A stretch of 64,000 nucleotides of DNA from Alkalispirochaeta sp. (GCA_965242725.1 CBDESZ010000001.1:32001-96000), one strand, 5' to 3'. Numbered from the stretch's first letter, positions 1-9,655 are shown. Made by a program: numbers and translations. Notes: generated by a model from the sequence alone, not told the origin.

Positions 1-788
1 GAAAACGATACATAACGAAAAAAATACAAGAAACCGGAGCCGTCCGCGTTACCGAATTGTCGGAGCAGTTGAACGTGACCGCCGTCACCATTCGATCGGA
101 TCTGGAAGAACTGGAACGGCGGGGAATCGCAGTTCGCACACACGGTGGAGCGGTCCTTCCGGAGCACGAGACCTTTCCCCGCTATCTCTACAATACGATG
201 CATGAGAACGCCGACCGAAAACGAGTGATCGGCAAGTGCGCCCTGGATCTCGTCACCGCGGACTCCACGGTGATTATCGACGGCGGAAGCACAACGGCGA
301 TATTTGCACAGCTCCTCCACGGTTACGCTCTCACGGTGGTGACCAACTCCGTACCCGTTATCGGCGAGCTGGTGGGGGATGAGCACATCGATCTCATCGT
401 CAGCGGCGGTGCCATCCGAAAGCCCGTCCAGGCGATGGTGGGGGAGTTGGCCCGTCTGGCGTATCAATCAATTCGGGCGGATATCGTCTTTCTCGGAGCA
501 AGCGGATTTTCCCTCTCCCACGGCGTTACGACGCCGAATCTCCTGGAAGCTGACGGAAAGCGGGCAATGATCGATGCCGCCGCCACGGTGTGCCTTCTTG
601 CGGATTCGACAAAGCGGGATAAGATAAAATTCGCCCGTATTTGCGGCTGGGAGCGGATAGACTACTTCTTTACCGACGAGGCACCCGATGACTTCGTGGC
701 GGCCCTCGCCGAACGGGGTGTAACGGTGATCACCCCCGATCGCGGCGCGTCCGGCCCGGGAAGGGAAAAGCCGGCGGCTACACGCTGA
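1..788 (+). CDS. DeoR/GlpR family transcriptional regulator (5' end truncated by window edge)
   Basis: The frame is open from base 3 (KRYITKKIQETGAVRVTELSEQLNVTAVTIRSDL = DeoR HTH). It continues with RTHGGA, IDGGSTT and LADSTK motifs of the DeoR sensor domain. Confidence 0.9.
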   Translation, partial: KRYITKKIQETGAVRVTELSEQLNVTAVTIRSDLEELERRGIAVRTHGGAVLPEHETFPRYLYNTMHENADRKRVIGKCALDLVTADSTVIIDGGSTTAIFAQLLHGYALTVVTNSVPVIGELVGDEHIDLIVSGGAIRKPVQAMVGELARLAYQSIRADIVFLGASGFSLSHGVTTPNLLEADGKRAMIDAAATVCLLADSTKRDKIKFARICGWERIDYFFTDEAPDDFVAALAERGVTVITPDRGASGPGREKPAATR

Positions 789-1640
789 GGATTACCGTCC
801 CCACGATGATGAGAAAGCCGCCCACCCAGACGCGACGGGTAATCTCCCGTCGTGCGATGAGGAGAATAACAAGTAAATTCACCCGCCCCACGGCGCTCAC
901 CACGGCGAGGGGGATTCGGTCCATCGCCTCGTACCGCAACCACGTCCCGGCAACGATCACCAGCGCCGCGGCGACCTCCCACGAAAAGGGACCGATGGTC
1001 GTCACCGTCGGAAGGGTCAGGGCGTCGCGGTCGCGGATCAGGAGAATGAAAAAATAGGTGACCGCTGCTGCGACGAGGCCGACGGCGAGGGCGATCTGCG
1101 CGCTGTGCCCCTCATTCATACCGACGCGGATAAAGAGGGGACTGACGGAAAAGGAAAGAGCGGTGGCCAGTCCGTAAAGGGACCCGCGGATAACGCTCCA
1201 CACCTGTCCCGCCTTTACCTTTATCGCCACGACGCCACCCCGACACCGACGACGACGAGGAGCACCCCGACAATGTCCCTGAGGGTGAGGACCTCTCCCA
1301 GTACAACCCACGCGACCATGGCGGTGAACACCGGCGTGGCACCAACGAGCAGTCCGGTTATCCCCACCCCCACTCGCCGCTGGCTGAGCCCGATGAAGAG
1401 CCATCCCCCGGAAAAATGGATCGCCCCGCTCAGGGCAAAGGCGAGGGTTGCCCGGGCCGTCAGGGAGGTATACCCCTGGACACCGACGGCGATGAGGGTA
1501 AATATGTTGGCTGCAAAGGCCGCAATGACGAGGAGGGTGATCGTTGCGGTACCGATGGGCAATTCTTCCGCCTTTCCGTGAAGGGATTGAAACAATCCGA
1601 GAAAAACACCGGCAAGTAAGGCGATGGCGATGCCGCTCAT
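778..1640 (-). pseudogene. DMT/EamA family transporter split into two frames (1640-1221 and ~1230-778); probable 1-nt frameshift near 1224, or two half-size DMT genes
   Basis: Each half is a 5-TM EamA repeat (..TPVFTAMVAWVVLGEVLT..; ..GRVNLLVILL..REITRR..). Together they give ~287 aa, and adding one base at TGG CGA TAA joins the frames (..SWR-IKVKAGQ..). Confidence 0.65.
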
Positions 1641-1686
1641 TCAACCATCCTCCCGTCTCCCCAGAGGTCTGTCAACGAAAATCGCA

Positions 1687-1702
1687 TTTTTTGCATGCAA
1701 TT
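1687..1702. promoter_or_regulatory. Candidate LacI operator (TTGCATGCAA palindromic core)
   Basis: Exact 16-bp inverted copy of 2802-2817. It lies between the divergent EamA and lacI genes, just upstream of TACAAT (1718-1723). Confidence 0.65.
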
Positions 1703-1735
1703 ATGACAAATAGGCGCTACAATGGGGACACAACT

Positions 1736-2740
1736 ATGGCTAATCCGACGGTGAACGATATCGCCCAGCGTCTGAACATCTCCCCGAGTACCGTATCGCG
1801 GGTGCTCAACGGATCCCCCCTCGTCAAGGATGAAACGAGGGAGCGCATCGAGCGGACCGCGGTGGAGATGGGATACCGGAAGCGGACAATACGACGGCAT
1901 GGTCCGCGGGCGATCCTGGATATCGCCCTCTTCATTCCCCGCTCCCCCGACGTGTACCACCGCCTCTTCTACGATCCGGCGGAGCTGGTCGCGGGCCTCA
2001 CCGAAGGGTTTGGTGAAGTCAGAACAAAAATTTCGGTAAACGTAAACCGTCCCCATCCTGAGCTATTCACCTCAAAAAAATCGGGCAATATCGACGCCTG
2101 TGTCTTCGGATTTACCACCCCTACCGACGACGTAGCCTCCCACCTTCGTGGTAGGGATATTCCGGCGGTTCTTCTGAACAGGGAGTCCCGACGGGACAAC
2201 TTCGTCTCTGCAGACCATTTGACGGGAATGCGGGGGCTGTTGCAACGGGCGCAAAAGGCGGACCGGGAGATCCGCCCCCACTATATCAGTTTTACACCCG
2301 CCCGGCCCGTCGCGCGGAGCCGGGAGCACGCCTTTCTTGAAGCGTGCCGTCTGGAGGGGATTCCCTGCGACGAGGGGGACATCACCAGAATCGACTCAGT
2401 GCATCATATAACACGCTCCTTCGTCGGGGAGGTACGGCAGCGGGCAAACACAATATTCTGTTTCAACGACTTTGTTGCCGTCTATCTGTACCAGATGGCC
2501 CTCGTCGTCGGTCTCTCCGTACCCGATGATATCGCCGTCGCCGGCTATGACGATTCTCCGGTCCGTCAGCTGACGCCGCAGAAGATCGATACCGTCACCC
2601 TCTCCCCCTATGACCTCGGGGCGGAAGCGGGGAAGTGGCTGCGCGCCGTCGTTATCGACCGGAGCACCGACCCGCTCCACCTCCTCCTTCCCGGCAGGGT
2701 TGTAGCCGGGGACACCCTCGTCCCCGCAACGAGACGATAA
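1736..2740 (+). CDS. LacI family transcriptional regulator
   Basis: N-terminal HTH PTVNDIAQRLNISPSTVSRVLN; C-terminal FCFNDFVA and VPDDIAVAGYDD motifs. Start placed at ATG 1736. Confidence 0.92.
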   Translation: MANPTVNDIAQRLNISPSTVSRVLNGSPLVKDETRERIERTAVEMGYRKRTIRRHGPRAILDIALFIPRSPDVYHRLFYDPAELVAGLTEGFGEVRTKISVNVNRPHPELFTSKKSGNIDACVFGFTTPTDDVASHLRGRDIPAVLLNRESRRDNFVSADHLTGMRGLLQRAQKADREIRPHYISFTPARPVARSREHAFLEACRLEGIPCDEGDITRIDSVHHITRSFVGEVRQRANTIFCFNDFVAVYLYQMALVVGLSVPDDIAVAGYDDSPVRQLTPQKIDTVTLSPYDLGAEAGKWLRAVVIDRSTDPLHLLLPGRVVAGDTLVPATRR

Positions 2741-2766
2741 ACTTTTATCCATTTCAGAAAAAAGCT

Positions 2767-2817
2767 TTGACAGGACGCAAAATCGGCGCGAGAATGTAAG
2801 AAATTGCATGCAAAAAA
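2767..2817 (+). promoter_or_regulatory. Sigma-70 promoter of tctCBA plus candidate operator
   Basis: TTGACA (2767-2772), 17 bp, GAGAAT (2790-2795), then AATTGCATGCAAAAAA (2802-2817). Confidence 0.7.
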
Positions 2818-2843
2818 GCATGCGCGTTCACAAGGAGGCTCCC

Positions 2844-3818
2844 ATGAAACGAATTGCGGTCCTGTTGGTTTTTCTGCTGATCGCCGGTCACATCTTTGCC
2901 AGCGGTGTGGAAGAAAGCGAGACGCAGTACCCCGAGCGCACGGTACGGGTCATCATTCCCTGGTCCGTCGGCGGTATGACGGACGTTCTTACCCGTCCCA
3001 TTGCCAACCATATGGAAGAGAGTTTCGGCGTACCCTTTGTCGTTGAAAACAAGCCGGGCGGCGGCGGCGTTGTCGGCTCACTTGAAATTGAAAACGCCCG
3101 TCCCGACGGTTACACGATCGGTACCACGTCCATGTCCACCGTCTCCGCAAAATATGTGGCGCCGGTCGCTCCCGACATTGACAACACCGAGCTCATCGCC
3201 CAGGCGATTTCGATTCCCGCGACGGTCACCGTCAACTCCGACAGCCCCTTCCAGACGCTGGAAGAGCTCATTGAATACGCCAAGGCAAACCCCGGTGAAC
3301 TGAGCAACTCCAACTCGGGGAACGGCGCAAGTGCCCACATTTACGCCCTCACCTTCGGCGCCCGGGCAGGAATAGAGATGAATCACATCCCCTATCCCGC
3401 ATACGCGGAAGCGGTTACGGCGCTTCTCGCCGGCAACGTCGATATGACCAACATTCCCCTTCCCGACGTGGCTCCCTACGTCGACAGCGGTGAACTGCGC
3501 ATGCTCGCCATCGCCTCGGCGGAACGGCATCCCAGCTACCCCGACGTCCCCACCCTTCGGGAACTCGGCGTCGACGCCGTCATGGGTAACTATTCTGGAT
3601 TCCTCGCTCCCAAGGGCACACCCCAGGAGTACCTGGATATTCTGGAAGACGCGATCGAGGCAGCGGTCAACGATCCTGAAATCAACAAGTTCCTCATCGA
3701 TGCCGGATTCCAGCCCGTTTTTGCGGGGCAGGAAGAGTTTGCCCAGATCGTGGACGACGCGGAAGCACAGCTTGAATACCTGGTAAACGAGCTTGGCATC
3801 GAGTTTGTCGACGATTAA
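2844..3818 (+). CDS. tctC: Tripartite tricarboxylate transporter substrate-binding protein
   Basis: AGGAGG RBS and signal peptide; Bug/TctC motifs YPERTVRVIIPW, VENKPGGGG and PDVPTLRELG. Confidence 0.93.
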   Translation: MKRIAVLLVFLLIAGHIFASGVEESETQYPERTVRVIIPWSVGGMTDVLTRPIANHMEESFGVPFVVENKPGGGGVVGSLEIENARPDGYTIGTTSMSTVSAKYVAPVAPDIDNTELIAQAISIPATVTVNSDSPFQTLEELIEYAKANPGELSNSNSGNGASAHIYALTFGARAGIEMNHIPYPAYAEAVTALLAGNVDMTNIPLPDVAPYVDSGELRMLAIASAERHPSYPDVPTLRELGVDAVMGNYSGFLAPKGTPQEYLDILEDAIEAAVNDPEINKFLIDAGFQPVFAGQEEFAQIVDDAEAQLEYLVNELGIEFVDD

Positions 3819-3846
3819 CGGTCATTCCTGAAGATATCAAACGAAC

Positions 3847-3890
3847 GGCCCCGGCGGGTGGTCTCCATAGTGGGTACCATAGCCGGGGCC
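3847..3890 (+). other. Intergenic stem-loop after tctC (mRNA stabiliser or attenuator)
   Basis: GGCCCCGGC (3847-3855) pairs with GCCGGGGCC (3882-3890); no U-tract follows. Confidence 0.5.
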
Positions 3891-3974
3891 ATTGTATAAT
3901 ATGACTGCTGAGAAGAAACGAAAATCTGAAATACAATGCACGGTGCAGGCAAAGCGCACCAAGGGGGGAATGGG

Positions 3975-4556
3975 ATGACAACGTATAGACGGGATATCAT
4001 ATCCAGCGTCTTCTTCGGTACCGGTGCGATCATCCTCTACGCATACGTCGCCCAATATCCCGTCAGGGAGGGGCAACCCGCGGCAGTCAGCGCCGGATTC
4101 TACCCGAAAATTCTGGCCTTCGCACTGGGGATACTCGCAGTCGTCCAGCTGGTCACCACGGTGGTCAAGGAACGGCGCGCCCGCGCCGCCGTCCACGCTG
4201 CAGCTTCAGAAACGGCCGCCCGGGGAGAATCCGTTGCCGAGAGCGACGCCGGGACCGCCGCCCAAACCGCCCCGGCGGAAGTAAAACTGTGGAAGGACGC
4301 TACCGCCTTCAAACTGCTGATGCTCACCTTCGTCTCCCTCGTGGTCTATCCCTTTCTCATGGAACTGGTCGGATTCTTCATCTCGGGGATCGCCTTCCTG
4401 GGCACCCTCATTTTCGCCCTCTCACGGGATCAGCGACGGGGAACACAGCGGTGGATCATCATCGCCATAACACTCGGCATCGGCATTCTCACATACATCG
4501 TCTTTCGACACTTTCTCAACATCCCCTTTCCCAGGGGCATCTTTTTTCAAAGGTAG
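3975..4556 (+). CDS. tctB: Tripartite tricarboxylate transporter small permease
   Basis: Lies between tctC and tctA; GFYPKIL motif, 4-5 TM segments and C-terminal FLNIPFPRG. Confidence 0.88.
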   Translation: MTTYRRDIISSVFFGTGAIILYAYVAQYPVREGQPAAVSAGFYPKILAFALGILAVVQLVTTVVKERRARAAVHAAASETAARGESVAESDAGTAAQTAPAEVKLWKDATAFKLLMLTFVSLVVYPFLMELVGFFISGIAFLGTLIFALSRDQRRGTQRWIIIAITLGIGILTYIVFRHFLNIPFPRGIFFQR

Positions 4557-4566
4557 GTGACGGCAT

Positions 4567-6069
4567 ATGGAATTCTCTTTCGACCTCTACCTTGCGGGAC
4601 TGAGTTACTTTGCAAACCCCATGATGTTTGTCTACTCCCTTTTCGGAGTATTTGTGGGTATCGTCTTCGGCGCCTTGCCCGGACTCACGGCGACGATGAC
4701 CATCGCCGTATTCATTCCCTTCACCTTCGGCGTACCGGCGGTACAGTCCTTTGCCTTTCTCCTGGGACTCTATTCCGGCGCGGTCTACGGCGGCTCCGTA
4801 TCGGCAATACTTATCAACATACCGGGAACACCAAGCGCAATCGCCACCGGCTTCGACGGCTATCCCATGTGCCAACAGGGGCGCGCCGGTGAGGCGATCG
4901 GTATTTCCACAATCGCCTCGGGACTTGGCGGCCTCTTGAGTGTCTTCGTCCTCGCCTTTGCGGCGCCCCTCATCGCGGGTATCGCCCTTAAATTCAACGC
5001 CGAGGAGTACGTCGGCATCACCCTCATCGGGTTGAGCATCATCGCCATCATCTCTCCGGGATCGACGGTCAAGGGACTCATGGCGGGAGCGCTGGGGCTC
5101 ATAGTCGGCATCGTCGGCCTCGACCCCATGGGAAGCTACCCCCGGTTTGTCTTCAACACGCCGGAGCTCTTTGACGGCGTAAGCGAAATCCCCGTCATGA
5201 TCGGTATGTACGGCCTGTCGGAAATGTTCGTCCAGATCTCCGACGAGCAGCACATAAAGATCGTCACCCAGAAGATCCGCAACGTCCTGCCCTCACTGAA
5301 GCAGGTGGGCAGCCTCATACCAACCATCTTCCGCTCTTCCGTCGTGGGCGTCGCCATCGGTGCCGTTCCCGCCGCGGGCGGATCCATCGCCTCTCTCGTT
5401 GCATACGGGCAGGAAAAGCGGCTTTCCCGGAAGAGCCACCTCCTCGGAACGGGCATACCCGAGGGAATCGCCGCGCCGGAGGCGGCAAACAACGCCAGCA
5501 CCGGCGGCGCCCTCATCCCCATGATGACCCTGGGCATCCCCGGCGACCCGATGACGGCGGTTCTCATGGGAGGACTCATCATACAGGGCCTCCGTCCCGG
5601 CCCGCTCCTCTTTCAGGAGCAGATGCCCTTCGTCTCCTCCATATTTATCAGCCTCCTCCTCTCGGTGGCCTTCATGACGATCCTGGGACTCCTCGGCGCG
5701 CAGTACTTCTCCCGTCTCATCAGCACACCCAAGCGCTTCCTCATGCCGGCGATCATGCTCTTCTGCCTTATCGGCTCCTACTCGATCAACAACTCAATGT
5801 TTGACATCGGCGTGCTCATCGTGAGCGGTGTCGTGGGATTCGCGCTGCGGAAGTTCGGCTTTCCCGTCGCACCGGTCATTCTCGGCCTCATCCTGGGTCC
5901 GATGTTCGAGAGCAACCTGCGCCGCTCCCTCATGCTCTCCCGGGGCAACTGGTCCACCTTCGTCACCCGGCCGATCAGCCTCTCCTTCATCGTGATCGCC
6001 CTGCTCATCCTCGTCGGACCGTCCCTCTTCCACCTCTTCCGACGCAGAAAAGAAGAGCAGACCCCATGA
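4567..6069 (+). CDS. tctA: Tripartite tricarboxylate transporter large permease
   Basis: Motifs GALPGL, YGGSVSAILINIPGTP, APEAANNA, LGIPGD and GLRPGP. Confidence 0.95.
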   Translation: MEFSFDLYLAGLSYFANPMMFVYSLFGVFVGIVFGALPGLTATMTIAVFIPFTFGVPAVQSFAFLLGLYSGAVYGGSVSAILINIPGTPSAIATGFDGYPMCQQGRAGEAIGISTIASGLGGLLSVFVLAFAAPLIAGIALKFNAEEYVGITLIGLSIIAIISPGSTVKGLMAGALGLIVGIVGLDPMGSYPRFVFNTPELFDGVSEIPVMIGMYGLSEMFVQISDEQHIKIVTQKIRNVLPSLKQVGSLIPTIFRSSVVGVAIGAVPAAGGSIASLVAYGQEKRLSRKSHLLGTGIPEGIAAPEAANNASTGGALIPMMTLGIPGDPMTAVLMGGLIIQGLRPGPLLFQEQMPFVSSIFISLLLSVAFMTILGLLGAQYFSRLISTPKRFLMPAIMLFCLIGSYSINNSMFDIGVLIVSGVVGFALRKFGFPVAPVILGLILGPMFESNLRRSLMLSRGNWSTFVTRPISLSFIVIALLILVGPSLFHLFRRRKEEQTP

Positions 6070-6074
6070 TCATT

Positions 6075-6130
6075 CCGGGCGGACAGGTCATTCGTTTTTT
6101 ATATCGAACTTCGTTCCGCCCGGTTTTCTT
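6075..6130 (+). terminator. Probable intrinsic terminator of tct operon
   Basis: CCGGGCGGA...TCCGCCCGG stem followed by TTTTCTT, directly after the tctA stop. Confidence 0.55.
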
Positions 6131-6301
6131 CTCCTCCATCGGCGCGTCCCGACGCGATAGGCGGGCCTGGGCTGTGGGGTCGAGCTTGGGCTTGGGCTCG
6201 GGCTCGGGCCTGCAGGCAGTATACAGATGCGTGTTACGCCGCTATTGGACGGTGGCTGCGAATAGAAGCGTGTTGCGCCGCCTCGGGCATGACGTGCGGC
6301 T

Positions 6302-6853
6302 TCACCGCGTCCTGCCGTACTCCTCCCTGCTCACAACCGCGTCCCACTCCTTCCGCTTTGCCGGCTTCCGTTCATCACCGGGATACCCGAGGGTAATGAG
6401 GAGGGCCACCCTCCGTCCCCGGGGAACGCCGAGGAGGCGCCGTACCTCCCCCTCATCAAACCACCCGACCATGCACGTCCCCAGCCCCCGTTCCGCCGCG
6501 GCGAGACAGAAGTGCTCGGCGGCGATGCCCACATCCATGAGATAAAAAGGTTTCTTCTTCACAAAACCGCCGATCCGGGACGAGATGTTCGGGCGTTCCG
6601 TCACGACGGCAACGATGACCGGCGCATCATCGACAAAGCGGTTCATTCCGCTTCCGGGGAGACGGCTGAGTTGCGCCAGGCGGGACCGCCGTTCCGGCTC
6701 CTCCACGACGACAAAGTGCCACGGCTGGGCGTTGCACGCCGAAGGCGCACGCCGCGCCGCCTCCAGACAGGCAACAATCTCCGTCTCGGCGACACCGTCG
6801 GGACGATACCGGCGAACGCTGCGTCTCGTTTGTACCAATTCATCAAAATTCAT
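6302..6853 (-). CDS. Nitroreductase family protein
   Basis: Motifs RRSVRRY, APSACNAQPWHF, DVGIAAEHFCLAA..GLGTC and LGYP. Start at ATG 6853 (MNFDELV). Confidence 0.92.
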   Translation of the reverse strand: MNFDELVQTRRSVRRYRPDGVAETEIVACLEAARRAPSACNAQPWHFVVVEEPERRSRLAQLSRLPGSGMNRFVDDAPVIVAVVTERPNISSRIGGFVKKKPFYLMDVGIAAEHFCLAAAERGLGTCMVGWFDEGEVRRLLGVPRGRRVALLITLGYPGDERKPAKRKEWDAVVSREEYGRTR

Positions 6854-6890
6854 AGTGGGAGGAGTATAGCCGTCCGTGTACACTATGGCC

Positions 6891-7547
6891 ATGAAGGAAC
6901 TTCTGGACCGGATTGCCGCGGAGGCACGCACCGGCGGCATGAACATCGATGTTGAGACCTACACATCAGCGGGGCGCGACCCCGACCTGCCGGTACTGCT
7001 TGGATCGGGAAGCCTCACATCCCGGATCGGCTTCTTCGGCCGTGACCCTGGACGCCGGGAGGTTGAGCTGGGCGAGCCCTTCATCGGAAAGGGCGGCCAA
7101 CTCGTACGGTCCGCCCTCTATCGTGCCGCCGGCGGGTCCGGCCCTCTCACGGAAGAAGAGGCGATCACCATCGGACAAAAGGTCTTCTGGGGCAACACCG
7201 TCCCCTATAAGCCGGTGGGCAACAAAGCGTGGTCCACATCGGTCAAGCGGCGGTTCCTCCCCTATATCCGGGAGCTCCTGGTGGTTCACTGGCGGGGCTC
7301 GGAGCTCATCACCCTGGGAAACCAGGCATTTGAGTGGTTCGGCCTCGCCGACGGAACGCTCCGTCCCCGTCTCAGGGAGTACTGGAAGCGGGACGATCGG
7401 TACGAGAGTTCCCTTGAAATAACGCTGGACGGCAAGACGATCCGCCTCTTTCCGCTGCCCCACCCGTCGCCGCTGAACGCCACGTGGCATGCACTCTTTC
7501 CGTCTCTTCTGGACGCCCGGCTGCGGGAGCTGGATTGGCCGTCGTGA
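6891..7547 (+). CDS. Uracil-DNA glycosylase superfamily protein (atypical, no Fe-S cysteines)
   Basis: Motif-1-like GRDPG..E....EPFIGKGG, central NTVPYKP, ITLG and motif-2 HPSP. Start may be 6885 or 6891. Confidence 0.8.
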   Translation: MKELLDRIAAEARTGGMNIDVETYTSAGRDPDLPVLLGSGSLTSRIGFFGRDPGRREVELGEPFIGKGGQLVRSALYRAAGGSGPLTEEEAITIGQKVFWGNTVPYKPVGNKAWSTSVKRRFLPYIRELLVVHWRGSELITLGNQAFEWFGLADGTLRPRLREYWKRDDRYESSLEITLDGKTIRLFPLPHPSPLNATWHALFPSLLDARLRELDWPS

Positions 7548-7568
7548 CGGCAGGCGGACGGGGTATGA

Positions 7569-7598
7569 CACCCCTGTAATACGTCACCCCTGTAATAC
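7569..7598. repeat. 14-bp tandem direct repeat CACCCCTGTAATAC x2
   Basis: Copies at 7569-7582 and 7585-7598; the repeat duplicates the last codons of the SorC-type regulator. Confidence 0.85.
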
Positions 7599-8546
7599 AG
7601 CTGTGGCACACTCCACATCGGTCACCAGGCGTTTCACGATGCCCGCGTTGAGCGCCGCTCTCAGGGCGTCTCCTTTCTTCGCTCCCGCGGCGGCGACGAT
7701 TACCTGCGGTATCGCTTCCAGCTCGGAGAAGGGTATGCCGAGAATTCTTCCGGCGATAGGATCATCGAGAACCCGGCCGGCGGAATCAAGAATGGTAAAA
7801 TTGGTGGCACATGCGCCGCCCCGTCTCCTGAGCGCCTCAAGCTCGCGGGATGAAAATATCCCGCTACGATACGCCGAAGTATCTTCATCCAGTCCGGAGA
7901 CGCTCATAATGGCGATGTCGAGCCCCCGCCACATCTCCCTGATAGAACGATAGTGACTGTCCCGTACCATGGAATCCCGGATTGACTGATCGTCCACGAC
8001 GGCAGGTATGTTCACCATATAGGCCGTCCCCGAGAGGTGGGCCGCAAACTCCCGGGCGATGCTGTTCGGGTAGATTCCGGTATCCACTTCTCCCATAGCG
8101 CCGATAATGGGAATGACCTTTACCTCATGTCCCTTTATGGAACCGAGATTTTCACCGATCGTCTTCAGGGTTACCCCCCAGCTCACCCCGACGGTATCGT
8201 TGGAATGAACAAGGCGCCTCAGAATATCCGTCATTGCATTCGCCATGTGCTGATAGGTCCGCTCAAGGGTGTCAAACTCCGGAACCACGACACATTCCTC
8301 CAAATCCCAGCGTCGTTCCAGAGCGGTTTCAAGTTCCCCCGCCCCTTCAAATGTTTCATCAATTCTGATCGTCACAATGCCTAGAACCCGGGCCCTCCGT
8401 AACGCCCGGGACACGGTGGCGATGCTGATTTTTAAACGGCGTGCGATGTGCTGCTGGCTAAGGTCTTCCAGGTAATAGAGTCGTGCGATTCTCGCAAGAT
8501 ATGAGCGATCTCTCTCGTCCGGTGCCGTTTGGCTGTTGGTTGACAT
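7584..8546 (-). CDS. SorC/DeoR(Bacillus)/LsrR family sugar-binding transcriptional regulator
   Basis: Motifs IARLYYLEDLSQQHIA..SRAL..A...GIVTIRI, GVSWGVT and AAGAKK..LVTD. Confidence 0.92.
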   Translation of the reverse strand: MSTNSQTAPDERDRSYLARIARLYYLEDLSQQHIARRLKISIATVSRALRRARVLGIVTIRIDETFEGAGELETALERRWDLEECVVVPEFDTLERTYQHMANAMTDILRRLVHSNDTVGVSWGVTLKTIGENLGSIKGHEVKVIPIIGAMGEVDTGIYPNSIAREFAAHLSGTAYMVNIPAVVDDQSIRDSMVRDSHYRSIREMWRGLDIAIMSVSGLDEDTSAYRSGIFSSRELEALRRRGGACATNFTILDSAGRVLDDPIAGRILGIPFSELEAIPQVIVAAAGAKKGDALRAALNAGIVKRLVTDVECATAVLQG

Positions 8547-8574
8547 ATACCACACCCTTCACTACAGTTATTAT

Positions 8575-8608
8575 TGTAATATATTTCTGTTGGTGTAAAT
8601 ATTTTCAC
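8575..8608. promoter_or_regulatory. Candidate operator pair for the SorC-type regulator
   Basis: TGTAATATATTTCT (8575-8588) and near-palindromic GTGTAAATATTTTCAC (8593-8608) in the divergent promoter region. Confidence 0.5.
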
Positions 8609-8660
8609 ACAAATCGGAAGACGACAAGTCCCCTGCAATGGCGGCAGGAAGAGGAATGGT

Positions 8661-9644
8661 ATGGCGGCAAAGAAAAAGAAGAGACCCGAGCTGACGGCAC
8701 AGAAATTACGGGACATGTATATGAAAATGGTATACACCCGCAAGTTTGAAGAAAAAGTTGCGTATTTTTTTTCCCGCGGAATGGTTCACGGTACGACCCA
8801 CCTTTACATAGGTGAAGAGGCTACCGCCGTCGGAGCGATCGCGAATCTTGACGATGAAGACTGGATTACCAGTACCCACAGGGGACATGGCCACACAATC
8901 GCAAAAGGCCTGGACATCGATAAAATGATGGCGGAACTCCTGGGAAAATCCACCGGGTACTGCAAGGGCAAGGGCGGGTCCATGCACATCTCCGATATTT
9001 CGAAGGGACACCTCGGCGCAAACGGTATCGTCGGCGGCGGCATTCCCATCGCAACCGGGGCGGGCATAACGGTGAAATCCCGAGCCAAGGACAATGTCGT
9101 AGTCTGTTTCTTTGGCGACGGCGCCATCAATGAAGGCACCTTCCATGAATCGCTCAACCTCGCCTCCATATGGAATCTTCCGGTCATATATATCTGTGAA
9201 AACAACCAGTACGGGATGTCGATGAGCCAGAAGCGGGCGACCAATATCGACGACCTGTCCGTGAGGGCCCGGTCATATGGTATTCCGGGAGTGCGCATTG
9301 ACGGAAACGACGTCTTCGAAGTGTATGATGCCGTGAAAACGGCAAAAGACCACGTCCGGAAGAACGGTCCCTATCTGATCATTTCGGAAACATATCGATA
9401 TATGGGACATTCAAAAAGTGACGCCAACCGGTATCGTACCAAGGAAGAAATCAACGAATGGAAAAAACGGGACCCCATTCCCAGGATGCGCCATTATCTG
9501 GAGGAAAACGGTATCTTCTCCTCCGATGAACTGGATGCCATGGAACGGCAGGCGTCCGAGGATATCGAGAAAGCCGTCGAATTTGCCCAAAACAGCCCCG
9601 ACCCCGATCCTGCGGAACTTCCCGACGACGTTTACGCGGTGTAA
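8661..9644 (+). CDS. TPP-dependent dehydrogenase E1 alpha subunit (acetoin/pyruvate dehydrogenase family)
   Basis: Motifs THRGHGH, GKGGSMH, TPP-binding GDGA...NN and TYRYMGHS. Confidence 0.93.
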   Translation: MAAKKKKRPELTAQKLRDMYMKMVYTRKFEEKVAYFFSRGMVHGTTHLYIGEEATAVGAIANLDDEDWITSTHRGHGHTIAKGLDIDKMMAELLGKSTGYCKGKGGSMHISDISKGHLGANGIVGGGIPIATGAGITVKSRAKDNVVVCFFGDGAINEGTFHESLNLASIWNLPVIYICENNQYGMSMSQKRATNIDDLSVRARSYGIPGVRIDGNDVFEVYDAVKTAKDHVRKNGPYLIISETYRYMGHSKSDANRYRTKEEINEWKKRDPIPRMRHYLEENGIFSSDELDAMERQASEDIEKAVEFAQNSPDPDPAELPDDVYAV

Positions 9645-9655
9645 TGGAGAAACCA

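Noticed and set aside
6066..6545. 159-aa ORF after tctA, including short GGGCT(T/C) repeats and a 14-bp imperfect direct repeat
   Set aside because: Arg/Ser-rich, crosses a terminator and overlaps the nitroreductase antisense. The repeats are too short to interpret.
6891..7547. UdgX-type suicide glycosylase (KRR seen)
   Set aside because: Lacks the KRRIH histidine and the Fe-S cysteines.
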